From Mycobacterium tuberculosis H37Rv (GTDB taxonomy: Bacteria > Actinomycetota > Actinomycetes > Mycobacteriales > Mycobacteriaceae), in NCBI RefSeq assembly GCF_000195955.2, contig NC_000962.3:2550001-2582000 (forward strand): a stretch of 32,000 bases of DNA, written 5' to 3'. This document shows, piece after piece, positions 20,059 to 28,852 of the stretch; positions within the stretch are counted from its first letter, which is position 1; each line of letters opens with the position of its first letter. Under the pieces are notes generated by a model. The model was not told where the DNA came from. It worked only from the letters and a program-made list of their open reading frames with translations, and made no database searches. Made by a program: the position numbers and the translations under genes.

Positions 20059-22002
20059 CTACAAGGTACGCGCGAGACGTTCGGCCAGCAGCTCGGCGAA
20101 CCTCGCCGGATCCTCGAGTGCGCCGCCTTCGGCGAGAAGCGCTGTGCCGTAAAGTAATTCCGCGGTTTCGGCCAATGATTTCTCGGCATCGTCTGCGCGG
20201 TCCTGGTGGGCTTGGCGCAGGCCGGTCACCAACGGATGGCTCGGGTTGAGCTCAAGTATCCGCTTGCCGACCGGAACCTCCTGGCCGGAAGCCCGGTAGA
20301 TGCGCGCGAGCGCGGGTGTCATCCCGAAGGCATCGGTGATCAGACAGGCCGGTGACTCGGTCAGGCGGGTGGACAGCCGCACCTCCTTGACGTGATCGCT
20401 CAACGTCTCCTGCAACCAGGTCAGCAGGTCGGCAAATTCCTTCTGCCGCTCCTCGCGCTCGGCCTCGCTGGTGTCCTCTTCGGAACTCAAGTCCACCTCG
20501 CCCTTGGCAACCGACTGCAGCGGTTTGCCGTCGAACTCCGGCACCATTCCCACCCAGACCTCGTCGACCGGGTCGGTGAGCAGCAGCACTTCGTACCCCT
20601 TGGCCTTAAACGCCTCCAGGTGCGGTGACTTCAGCAGTTGTTGGCGCGTCTCGCCGGTGGCGTAGAAGATCTGTTGCTGACCGTCCTTCATGCGCTCGAC
20701 GTATTCGGCCAGCGTGGTGGGTTCCTCCTCGCTGTACGTGGAGACAAACGAAGAAATACCGAGCAGGGTCTCCCGGTTATCGATGTCTGACAGCAGTCCC
20801 TCTTTGAGGACCCTGCCGAACTGTGTCCAGAACGTGCGGTAGTCCTCCGGCCGGCTGGACTGCACGTCCTTGATCGTGGACAGCACCTTCTTGGTCAGCC
20901 GCCGGCGGATGGCCTTGATCTGCCGGTCCTGCTGCAGGATTTCGCGAGAAACGTTGAGCGACATGTCCTGCGCGTCGACCACACCCTTGACAAAACGCAA
21001 GTACTCGGGCATGAGCTGGTCGCAGTCGCCCATGATGAACACCCGCTTGACGTAGAGCTGGATACCGACGTGGGCGTCCCGGTCGAACAGATCGAACGGG
21101 GCATGAGACGGGATGAACAGCAGGGCCTGGTACTCGAAGGTGCCCTCGGCCTTCATCGCGATGATCTCGAGCGGGTCGTCCCAGGCGTGCGCGACGTGTT
21201 TGTAGAACTCCTTGTACTCCTGCTCAGACACCTCTTCTTTGGGCCTCGCCCACAGCGCCTTCATCGAGTTGAGGGTTTCGGTTTCGATGGTGACGGTCTC
21301 CTCGCCGCCTTCCCCCCCTTCTTCCTGGGAGGCTGGGGTGCGGCGCTCGACGTCCATCCGGATGGGCCAGGCGATGAAGTCGGAGTATTTCTTGACCAGG
21401 TTACGGATCTTCCATTCCGAGGTGTAGTCGTGCAGGTCGTCCTCGGCGTCTTCCGGCTTGAGGTGCAGGGTGACCGACGTGCCCTGGGGGGCATCCTCGA
21501 CGGACTCGATGGTGTAGGTGCCCTCACCGCTGGACTCCCATCTGGTGGCCGCGCTCTCGCCAGCCTTGCGGGTAAGCAGTTGGACCTTGTCGGCCACCAT
21601 GAACGACGAGTAGAAGCCGATGCCGAACTGACCGATCAGTTCCTCGGAGGCGGCCGCGTTCTTGGCCTCACGCAGCTGTGCGCGCAGCTCGGCGGTGCCC
21701 GACTTGGCCAGCGTGCCAATCAGATCCACCACCTCCTCGCGCGCCATCCCGATGCCGTTGTCACGAACGGTAAGAGTCCTTGCAGCTTTGTCTGCGTCGA
21801 TCTCGATGTGCAGATCGGAGGTGTCGACCTCCAGGTCCTTGTTCCGCAGCGCCTCAATCCGCAGCTTGTCTAGCGCATCGGAGGCATTCGAGATCAACTC
21901 CCGCAGAAACGCGTCCTTATTGGAGTAGACCGAGTGGACCATCAAATCCAGCAGTTGCCGGGCCTCCGCCTGAAACTCCAACTGCTCGACATGGGCGTTC
22001 AT
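20059..22002 (-). CDS. htpG: Hsp90-family chaperone
   Basis: The frame is open to 22095; ATG 22002 is preceded by ggaagga. GHKL ATPase motifs RELISNASDALDK, DNGIGM and GQFGIGFYS. Confidence 0.96.
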   Translation of the reverse strand: MNAHVEQLEFQAEARQLLDLMVHSVYSNKDAFLRELISNASDALDKLRIEALRNKDLEVDTSDLHIEIDADKAARTLTVRDNGIGMAREEVVDLIGTLAKSGTAELRAQLREAKNAAASEELIGQFGIGFYSSFMVADKVQLLTRKAGESAATRWESSGEGTYTIESVEDAPQGTSVTLHLKPEDAEDDLHDYTSEWKIRNLVKKYSDFIAWPIRMDVERRTPASQEEGGEGGEETVTIETETLNSMKALWARPKEEVSEQEYKEFYKHVAHAWDDPLEIIAMKAEGTFEYQALLFIPSHAPFDLFDRDAHVGIQLYVKRVFIMGDCDQLMPEYLRFVKGVVDAQDMSLNVSREILQQDRQIKAIRRRLTKKVLSTIKDVQSSRPEDYRTFWTQFGRVLKEGLLSDIDNRETLLGISSFVSTYSEEEPTTLAEYVERMKDGQQQIFYATGETRQQLLKSPHLEAFKAKGYEVLLLTDPVDEVWVGMVPEFDGKPLQSVAKGEVDLSSEEDTSEAEREERQKEFADLLTWLQETLSDHVKEVRLSTRLTESPACLITDAFGMTPALARIYRASGQEVPVGKRILELNPSHPLVTGLRQAHQDRADDAEKSLAETAELLYGTALLAEGGALEDPARFAELLAERLARTL

Positions 22003-22075
22003 GAGATTCCTTCCGACGACATAGCGACTCGAATTTAGCGAGCTGCGATCCGGCGCCGAGCTGGGGGTGGCCTGG

Positions 22076-23008
22076 CTAGGCCGTATCGCGAGCAAGCTGA
22101 TAGAGGTCGGGATCGTGTGCGCAGACGATGAGTAGATCCGGGTCGTGGCGTCGATGGAGTTCGACGATTCGGGCCTGGTTGTCGCGCAGTTGGTTGCGGT
22201 TATACGACAACAGCTTTTCCTCGGCCCGCATCACGAAGGGCACCCGGAACCGGCCATCGAGGGTGCCGCGATGATAGAAGGCGTCGCCGCAGTGCAAAAC
22301 CCAGCGGTGACCGGCATCGACAGCTACCGCGGCGTGCCCGCGGGTGTGACCGGGCATCGGCACCAGAACGACACCGGTGCCGATGGAATCGAGGGGTTTG
22401 GCCGATGCGAATCCGCGCCAGGGTTCCCCGTCGGGACCGTGCTCCACCAGCTTCGGGCCGTGGGCCCACTGTCCGCGTCGATATCGCAGTCGCTCGCGGA
22501 GCGAAGGGGCGTGGATGGCACCGCGGGCTTCGGCGGCGGTGACGTGGAGGTGAGCCTCGGGGAAGTCGGCGATCCCGCCGATGTGGTCGAAGTCGAAGTG
22601 GGTGAGCACAATGTGTCGAACGTCGGACGTGCGGTAGCCGAGCTGTTCGATCTGGCGGGCCGCGGTTTCGGCCTGCAAGAATGCCGGCCGCAGGACATGA
22701 CGGAATAGACCTACCCGGCCGGGGTCAAGGCAGTCCTGGATACCGAAGCCGGTGTCCACCAGCACCAATCCATCGTCGGTCTCGACGAGCAGAACGTGGC
22801 ATAACAGAGCGATGCCAAATGCATTCATGGTGCCGCAGTTGAGGTGGTGGACCTTCACCGGCGGTCCCTTCGCTTCGGGGGCGACACCTAACATACTGGT
22901 CGTCAACCTACCGCGACACCGCTGGGACTTTGTGCCATTGCCGGCCACTCGGGGCCGCTGCGGCCTGGAAAAATTGGTCGGGCACGGGCGGCCGCGGGTC
23001 GCTACCAT
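22076..23008 (-). CDS. Metallo-beta-lactamase-fold hydrolase
   Basis: HxHxDH-type motif in [13 protein letters not shown], and later PMPGHTRGH. The first 38 codons are Arg/Pro-rich and non-homologous-looking. ATG 22894 ([21 protein letters not shown]) is an alternative start. Confidence 0.85.
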
Positions 23009-23014
23009 CCCACT

Positions 23015-23707
23015 GTGAATGATTTACTGACCCGCCGACTGCTCACCATGGGCGCGGCCGCCGCAATGCTGGCCGCGGTGCTTCTGCTTACTCCCATCAC
23101 CGTTCCCGCCGGCTACCCCGGTGCCGTTGCACCGGCCACTGCAGCCTGCCCCGACGCCGAAGTGGTGTTCGCCCGCGGCCGCTTCGAACCGCCCGGGATT
23201 GGCACGGTCGGCAACGCATTCGTCAGCGCGCTGCGCTCGAAGGTCAACAAGAATGTCGGGGTCTACGCGGTGAAATACCCCGCCGACAATCAGATCGATG
23301 TGGGCGCCAACGACATGAGCGCCCACATTCAGAGCATGGCCAACAGCTGTCCGAATACCCGCCTGGTGCCCGGCGGTTACTCGCTGGGCGCGGCCGTCAC
23401 CGACGTGGTACTCGCGGTGCCCACCCAGATGTGGGGCTTCACCAATCCCCTGCCTCCCGGCAGTGATGAGCACATCGCCGCGGTCGCGCTGTTCGGCAAT
23501 GGCAGTCAGTGGGTCGGCCCCATCACCAACTTCAGCCCCGCCTACAACGATCGGACCATCGAGTTGTGTCACGGCGACGACCCCGTCTGCCACCCTGCCG
23601 ACCCCAACACCTGGGAGGCCAACTGGCCCCAGCACCTCGCCGGGGCCTATGTCTCGTCGGGCATGGTCAACCAGGCGGCTGACTTCGTTGCCGGAAAGCT
23701 GCAATAG
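23015..23707 (+). CDS. cut2: Secreted cutinase
   Basis: Signal peptide, [11 protein letters not shown], nucleophile motif PGGYSLGA, and C-terminal CHGDDPVCH. Confidence 0.92.
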
Positions 23708-23812
23708 CCACCTAGCCCGTGCGCGAGTCTTTGCTTCACGCTTTCGCTAACCGACCAACGCGCGCACGATGGAGGGGTCCGTGGTCATATCAAGACAAGA
23801 AGGGAGTAGGCG

Positions 23813-24055
23813 ATGCACGCAAAAGTCGGCGACTACCTCGTGGTGAAGGGCACAACCACGGAACGGCATGATCAACATGCTGAGATCATCGAGGTGCGCT
23901 CCGCAGACGGCTCGCCGCCATACGTGGTGCGTTGGCTGGTAAACGGGCACGAGACAACGGTGTACCCCGGGTCGGACGCGGTCGTCGTCACCGCCACCGA
24001 GCACGCGGAGGCCGAAAAGCGCGCTGCCGCGCGGGCCGGGCACGCGGCGACATAG
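23813..24055 (+). CDS. DUF1918-family small protein
   Basis: 80 aa. ATG is preceded by aagggag. MHAKVGDYLVVKG...PPYVVRWL... is the small SH3-like DUF1918 pattern. Confidence 0.8.
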   Translation: MHAKVGDYLVVKGTTTERHDQHAEIIEVRSADGSPPYVVRWLVNGHETTVYPGSDAVVVTATEHAEAEKRAAARAGHAAT

Positions 24056-24095
24056 CCGGTGAAAAGCTCTGCTGGCGATGTGGGGCCTACAGGTC

Positions 24096-25019
24096 TCACG
24101 TGTCGAGCCGCAGCACACGTGTGGCGTTACGCCATAGCCAGTCCTCCAGGACTTCCCGGGGGACCGGCAGCGCACGCATCTCGTCGCACAATTGCAGGTA
24201 AGGGCGGTTGATGAGAAATCCGCCGGTACCGTAAACGATCTTGTTGCGGATTGTTGTCTGCCCAAACCGCATCAGCGGCTCCCATCCAGCGCCCGGTGAA
24301 GCGAAGTACTTGGGACGGTGCGCGGCCAATTCCAGGTAGACGTTCGGGTGTTTCCAGGCGATCAGGCATGCCTGCAGCACCCACGGGTAGCCGCCGTGGC
24401 TCATCAGGATCGTTAACTCAGGGAAGCGGCAGGCAACGTCGTCGATGTGGCGGGGATGGCCGAGATCGCTGAGCCGTGTCCGAGTCCAATCGGCGGAGGT
24501 GTGGATGGAAACGGGCACACCAAGCTCGACGCATTTGGCGTAGCAAGGGAAGTAGGCGGGGTCGGATGCGGGCCGTCCAATCATGAACGGACGCAAGCTC
24601 AACCCGCGGAAACCGTGCTCGACCACCCAGCGCTCGAACTCGTCGACTGCCGAGTCGCCGGCCAGGATGTCGGCACCGGCGAAGGGTAGGAACCGATCTG
24701 GATAGCGGGCCGCGACGGCGGCCACCGAGGCATTGTGGACAAAGGTGACACCACACGTGGACCGTTCATCGAATCCCGTGATCAGACTGCGGGTAATCCC
24801 GGCGTCGTCCAGGGAGTCCAGTATTTGGTCGTCTGTCCTGCGTAGCGACTCCGCGTAGGCACCGAACTGCTCGGCGCTGATCGTCGTCTTGGTGAAGACC
24901 TCGAAATACGACAGCAGCTCGACGGGAAATCCTTCCCGAAGATCGTCAATGACCTCGGCGGACGGAACGAACGGTGCCCACATATCGATGACCGGCACCC
25001 GCGGTTCGGGCGCGGTCAT
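24096..25019 (-). CDS. Amidohydrolase_2-like TIM-barrel hydrolase
   Basis: 307-aa ORF. My family assignment rests on overall resemblance and on recalling Rv2303c (annotated as NonG-like). I could not verify the metal-binding residues by eye. Confidence 0.75.
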   Translation of the reverse strand: MTAPEPRVPVIDMWAPFVPSAEVIDDLREGFPVELLSYFEVFTKTTISAEQFGAYAESLRRTDDQILDSLDDAGITRSLITGFDERSTCGVTFVHNASVAAVAARYPDRFLPFAGADILAGDSAVDEFERWVVEHGFRGLSLRPFMIGRPASDPAYFPCYAKCVELGVPVSIHTSADWTRTRLSDLGHPRHIDDVACRFPELTILMSHGGYPWVLQACLIAWKHPNVYLELAAHRPKYFASPGAGWEPLMRFGQTTIRNKIVYGTGGFLINRPYLQLCDEMRALPVPREVLEDWLWRNATRVLRLDT

Positions 25020-25225
25020 GGGGTGCTCCGCGGGCCAACCGGACCGTGCAGGAAGTCATCGAATCCGGCATCGCGCTCCACGGCGAATGCCTGCTCGAAC
25101 GTCGTGGCGGGGCGGCCGGTGCACGTCGCCTCCTTGACATCGACTCGCTTCCCGGTGAGGTCGCACAGGACACAACGGTCCAGCGCGCCGTCGTCGGCTT
25201 CCTCGGTAGCAATGTCGTGGCTCAT
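25016..25225 (-). CDS. Small acidic Cys-containing protein (69 aa), translationally coupled to the amidohydrolase gene
   Basis: ATG 25225 is preceded by ggaggag. Its stop overlaps the downstream start as ATGA (25016-25019). The product is MSHDIATEEADDGALDRCVLCDL... I recognise no domain. Confidence 0.6.
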   Translation of the reverse strand: MSHDIATEEADDGALDRCVLCDLTGKRVDVKEATCTGRPATTFEQAFAVERDAGFDDFLHGPVGPRSTP

Positions 25226-25313
25226 CGCTCCTCCGTTGACTGTGTCGACCAGCTGAGCATGCGCTCTTATGCGATTACGCCAAGTCAACTGACCCCGCCG
25301 ACGCTTCGCATAC

Positions 25314-25568
25314 CTAGTGTCGGCCAGGGCCACCTGGCCCGCCCGGACCTCCCGGCCCGCCTGGTCCGCCCGGACCCCCGGGTCCGCCTGGTCGGTTTAC
25401 GGCGGGGAGCCAGAACACGCATTGATTCAAGTCGGGGCTCCACACCCAGCCGGGCGCGCAATCATCGTCGGCCCGGCTGTTCGCCGGCTCGACAAGTCCG
25501 GTCACCGCCAACACCGTCAACACCGCAGTGAACGCGCAAAGCGCGCAGCGTCGTAGAAAATGCCTCAT
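25314..25568 (-). CDS. Small secreted protein with a C-terminal (Pro-Gly-Gly)n tract
   Basis: ATG 25568 is preceded by gagg; a GTG at 25580 is also in frame. There is a signal-peptide-like N-terminus (MRHFLRRCALCAFTAVLTVLAVTG), two Cys residues (DDDCAPGWVWSPDLNQCVF), then NRPGGPGGPGGPGGPGGPGGPGGPGRH-stop. Confidence 0.55.
   Translation of the reverse strand: MRHFLRRCALCAFTAVLTVLAVTGLVEPANSRADDDCAPGWVWSPDLNQCVFWLPAVNRPGGPGGPGGPGGPGGPGGPGGPGRH
25323..25391 (-). repeat. 69-bp imperfect 9-bp/3-codon tandem repeat encoding (PGG)7-PG
   Basis: Read directly, codon by codon: ccN ggN ggN repeated with synonymous variation. Confidence 0.9.
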
Positions 25569-25808
25569 CGCAGACCTCACGGTTTGTCGTCCGGCGCTGG
25601 ACCTAGGTTATCGCCACGACCGCCGCGGCGGCAGCACACGTGGCGACTCACCGCGGCCGTAGAACCGGTTGAGCAGCAAGCCACTGCGCGTTGGTAAGAG
25701 CGGATCCAAGCGCCGGCAACGGATGGTCGGCGAGGGCGCTGATCGGGCAACGATGCCCAGGCCAGGCGGCCCCAGCGAACGCCGCACCGGCTGGAGGAAG
25801 ATAGCCCC

Positions 25809-27098
25809 ATGACCCAAACGCTGCGCCTTACCGCGCTGGACGAGATGTTCATCACCGATGACATTGACATCGTTCCTTCGGTGCAGATCGAGGCGCGGGT
25901 GTCCGGTCGTTTCGACCTCGACCGGCTTGCCGCTGCCCTGCGCGCCGCCGTCGCCAAGCACGCCCTGGCTCGGGCGCGGCTTGGCCGCGCCAGCCTAACC
26001 GCACGGACGCTGTATTGGGAGGTACCCGACCGCGCGGATCACCTCGCCGTGGAGATCACCGATGAACCCGTCGGTGAAGTTCGCAGTCGCTTTTATGCGC
26101 GGGCTCCCGAACTGCACCGAAGCCCGGTCTTTGCCGTCGCGGTGGTACGCGAGACCGTGGGCGACCGCCTCCTGCTCAACTTCCACCACGCGGCCTTCGA
26201 CGGCATGGGCGGGCTGCGTCTGTTGCTCTCACTGGCCCGGGCCTATGCGGGCGAGCCTGACGAGGTCGGTGGCCCTCCGATCGAGGAAGCCCGCAACCTT
26301 AAAGGCGTCGCCGGCTCCCGCGACCTGTTCGACGTCCTGATCCGCGCCCGCGGCCTGGCAAAACCGGCCATCGACCGGAAGCGGACCACCCGGGTCGCCC
26401 CGGATGGCGGCTCGCCCGACGGGCCGCGCTTCGTGTTCGCCCCACTCACCATCGAGAGCGACGAGATGGCAACCGCGGTTGCTCGTCGACCCGAGGGGGC
26501 GACGGTGAACGACCTGGCGATGGCCGCGCTGGCGTTGACGATCCTGCAGTGGAACCGCACACACGATGTCCCAGCCGCCGATTCCGTGTCGGTGAACATG
26601 CCGGTGAACTTCCGGCCGACCGCGTGGTCGACCGAGGTCATCTCGAACTTTGCCAGCTACCTGGCGATCGTGCTGCGGGTCGACGAGGTGACCGATCTCG
26701 AGAAGGCGACCGCCATCGTCGCCGGGATCACCGGACCATTGAAGCAATCCGGCGCCGCCGGGTGGGTCGTGGATCTGCTCGAAGGGGGAAAGGTGTTGCC
26801 GGCGATGCTCAAGCGCCAACTTCAGCTGCTTCTCCCCTTGGTCGAAGATCGGTTCGTCGAAAGCGTCTGTCTGTCCAACCTGGGCCGCGTCGACGTCCCC
26901 GCTTTCGGGGGCGAGGCCGGGGACACCACTGAGGTGTGGTTCAGTCCGACGGCGGCCATGAGCGTCATGCCGATCGGGGTTGGCCTCGTCGGCTTCGGAG
27001 GAACGCTGCGCGCCATGTTCCGCGGCGACGGGCGAACCATCGGCGGCGAGGCGCTGGGCCGCTTCGCCGCACTGTATCGCGACACACTGCTGACCTGA
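25809..27098 (+). CDS. Stand-alone condensation-domain (HHxxxDG) acyltransferase
   Basis: 429 aa. ATG is preceded by ggagga. Motif NFHHAAFDGMGG lies about one third into the protein, as in NRPS C-domains and PapA-type acyltransferases. Confidence 0.85.
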   Translation: MTQTLRLTALDEMFITDDIDIVPSVQIEARVSGRFDLDRLAAALRAAVAKHALARARLGRASLTARTLYWEVPDRADHLAVEITDEPVGEVRSRFYARAPELHRSPVFAVAVVRETVGDRLLLNFHHAAFDGMGGLRLLLSLARAYAGEPDEVGGPPIEEARNLKGVAGSRDLFDVLIRARGLAKPAIDRKRTTRVAPDGGSPDGPRFVFAPLTIESDEMATAVARRPEGATVNDLAMAALALTILQWNRTHDVPAADSVSVNMPVNFRPTAWSTEVISNFASYLAIVLRVDEVTDLEKATAIVAGITGPLKQSGAAGWVVDLLEGGKVLPAMLKRQLQLLLPLVEDRFVESVCLSNLGRVDVPAFGGEAGDTTEVWFSPTAAMSVMPIGVGLVGFGGTLRAMFRGDGRTIGGEALGRFAALYRDTLLT

Positions 27099-27107
27099 GG
27101 GCCCGGC

Positions 27108-27922
27108 ATGACCGACAACGAGTGCCCGGCCGACAGCCGACGGCGCCATGTCCTGCGGCTCGCCCTGTTCGCCGGGATTTTGCTGGGGCTGTTCTACCTG
27201 GTTGCGGTGGCACGAGTCATCCACGTCGACGGGGTCCGTAGCGCGATCGTGGTGGCGACGGGTCCGATCGCACCCCTGGCGTACGTTGTGGTGTCGGCCG
27301 CACTCGGCGCGTTGTTCGTCCCGGGCCCGATCCTCGCCGCCGGCAGCGGGGTGCTGTTCGGGCCGCTACTAGACACCTTTGTGACCCTGCCAGCTTTCTC
27401 GGCCGGCGCGCAGGCCGGAATGACGCCCAGGCGCTGCTGGGTGTCGATCGCGCCCATCGCCTCGATGCACAGATCGAACGGCGCGGATTGTGGGCGGTGG
27501 TCGGTCAGCGCTTCGTCCCCGGCATCTCGGATGCGCTGGCCTCGTACACCTTCGGGGCGTTCGGAGTTCCGTTGTGGCAGATGGTCGTTGGGTCGTTCAT
27601 CGGGTCGGCGCCACGGGTGTTCGTCTACACCGCGCTGGGCGCGTCGATCACCAACCTGTCGTCGCCGCTGGTTTACTCGGCGATCGCGGTGTGGTGCGTG
27701 ACCGCCATCATCGGGGCGTTCGCCGCGCGGCGTTGGTACCGGAAGTGGCGTGCGCGCCCGCGCCGGCGGTGCGGCCTGGCTCAGCTCACGACCGGTAGTC
27801 AGCAACGCCACACGAGTCACCGGACACCGGCGGGCGTCGTCATGCCCGGTTCACTGTCCGAGCACCGCCGTCTCCGTCAAGAAGCGCCGGATCGCATCGA
27901 GCATCACCCGCCCATCGAGTAG
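27108..27922 (+). pseudogene. TVP38/TMEM64 (DedA/SNARE-associated-like) membrane protein disrupted by an out-of-frame internal lesion
   Basis: The frame starting at 27108 is membrane-protein-like up to ..GSGVLFGPLLDTFVTLP (about 27392), then becomes Arg/Ser/Trp junk. A second frame, open through 27392, reads SFLGRRAGRNDAQALLGVDRAHRLDAQIERRGLWAVVGQRFVPGISDALASYTFGAFGVPLWQMVVGSFIGSAPR... to 27922. That sequence is the family C-half. Confidence 0.65.
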
Positions 27923-28696
27923 TTCCGGGTCGTTGTGACCCACACCGGGAACCACCACGTATCGCTTAGGCTCGGCGGCCGCTGCGACCAGCCGCTCACT
28001 AAGCGTAGCGGGGACGATGTCGTCGCTGCCGCCCGCGATGACCAGCACCGGCGCGTGTACAGAGGCGATGCGCTCGATCGACGGGTAGTGGTCCAGCAGC
28101 AACCGGCGCAGCGGCAGCCACGGGTAGTGCACCGCGCCGACCTCGGCCAGCGACGTGAACGGAGATCTCAGCACGAGTGCCGCCGGCGGCCGTTGCACGG
28201 CCAGCCCGACCGCCACCGCCGCGCCGAGGGATTCGCCGAAATAGGCAATGCGCGCGGGGTCGACGTCGGACTGGCCGGACAGCCACTCCTGCGCGGCCCG
28301 AGCGTCGGCGGCCAGGCCCTGCTCAGACGGCCGACCCGGGTTACCGCCGTAGCCGCGATAGTCAAACAGCAACACCGACAGGCCCAGGCCATGCAGCGCG
28401 ACAGCCAGCTCCGCACGCATCGACCGGTCGCCGGCGTTGCCATTGCACACCAGCACCGCGGGCCCACTACCGCCCGAAGTATGCGGGAAGTACCAGCCAC
28501 CCAAGCGCATTCCATCTTGTGTTTCGACCACGACATCGCGGCCGGCGGGCAAAACGGAGGAAGCCGATGGCACCGGACCCGCAGACGGGAAGTAGATTAG
28601 CCGACGCTGCTGCGACCAGATGAACATAATCACGCCCGATGCCACCAGCGCGACGATAGCGACCACCGGCAACGCGCGACACCTCTTTAGCGACAT
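27851..28696 (-). CDS. Membrane-anchored alpha/beta hydrolase
   Basis: 281 aa. N-terminal TM helix (LPVVAIVALVASGVIMFIW), nucleophile elbow YFGESLGAAVAV, and catalytic-His region VPGVGHND. Confidence 0.88.
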   Translation of the reverse strand: MSLKRCRALPVVAIVALVASGVIMFIWSQQRRLIYFPSAGPVPSASSVLPAGRDVVVETQDGMRLGGWYFPHTSGGSGPAVLVCNGNAGDRSMRAELAVALHGLGLSVLLFDYRGYGGNPGRPSEQGLAADARAAQEWLSGQSDVDPARIAYFGESLGAAVAVGLAVQRPPAALVLRSPFTSLAEVGAVHYPWLPLRRLLLDHYPSIERIASVHAPVLVIAGGSDDIVPATLSERLVAAAAEPKRYVVVPGVGHNDPELLDGRVMLDAIRRFLTETAVLGQ

Positions 28697-28726
28697 CTAG
28701 CCCCGCACCGGTGCGACGCATCGAAA

Positions 28727-28752
28727 GCGGGGTCCCCGCGACCAGTGGATTA
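28727..28752 (-). repeat. Degenerate direct copy of the tRNA(CAU) anticodon-loop-to-T-arm segment (possible att remnant)
   Basis: gcggggtccccgcgaccagtggatta (28727-28752) aligns with tRNA gene positions 31772-31801 (gcggggctcgaacccgcgaccaacggatta). The ungapped block 28735-28752 against 31784-31801 matches at 16/18. With 4 gap positions, 24 of the 26 nt match. The two copies are in the same orientation. Similarity stops exactly at the anticodon, and the acceptor 3' strand is not conserved. Confidence 0.4.
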
Positions 28753-28852
28753 CCGAAACCACCGTTCCAAACAGAAAATCGACACGAAATTCAACGACGC
28801 GGCGGGCCGGCGATGGCCACGAGACACCCACAACCAGCAACCGCCCCAATCA

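Noticed and set aside
22003-22075. CIRCE (HrcA) or HAIR (HspR) heat-shock operator upstream of htpG.
   Set aside because: atagcgactc-N9-gagctgcga and ttagcgagc only weakly resemble TTAGCACTC-N9-GAGTGCTAA (about 6/9 and 4/9 per half). There is no CTTGAGT-N7-ACTCAAG.
25323-25391. Tandem 9-bp repeat considered as a CRISPR array or a VNTR/MIRU locus.
   Set aside because: The units are contiguous with no spacers, in frame, and codon-degenerate inside an ORF. It is neither a CRISPR array nor a MIRU-type intergenic minisatellite.
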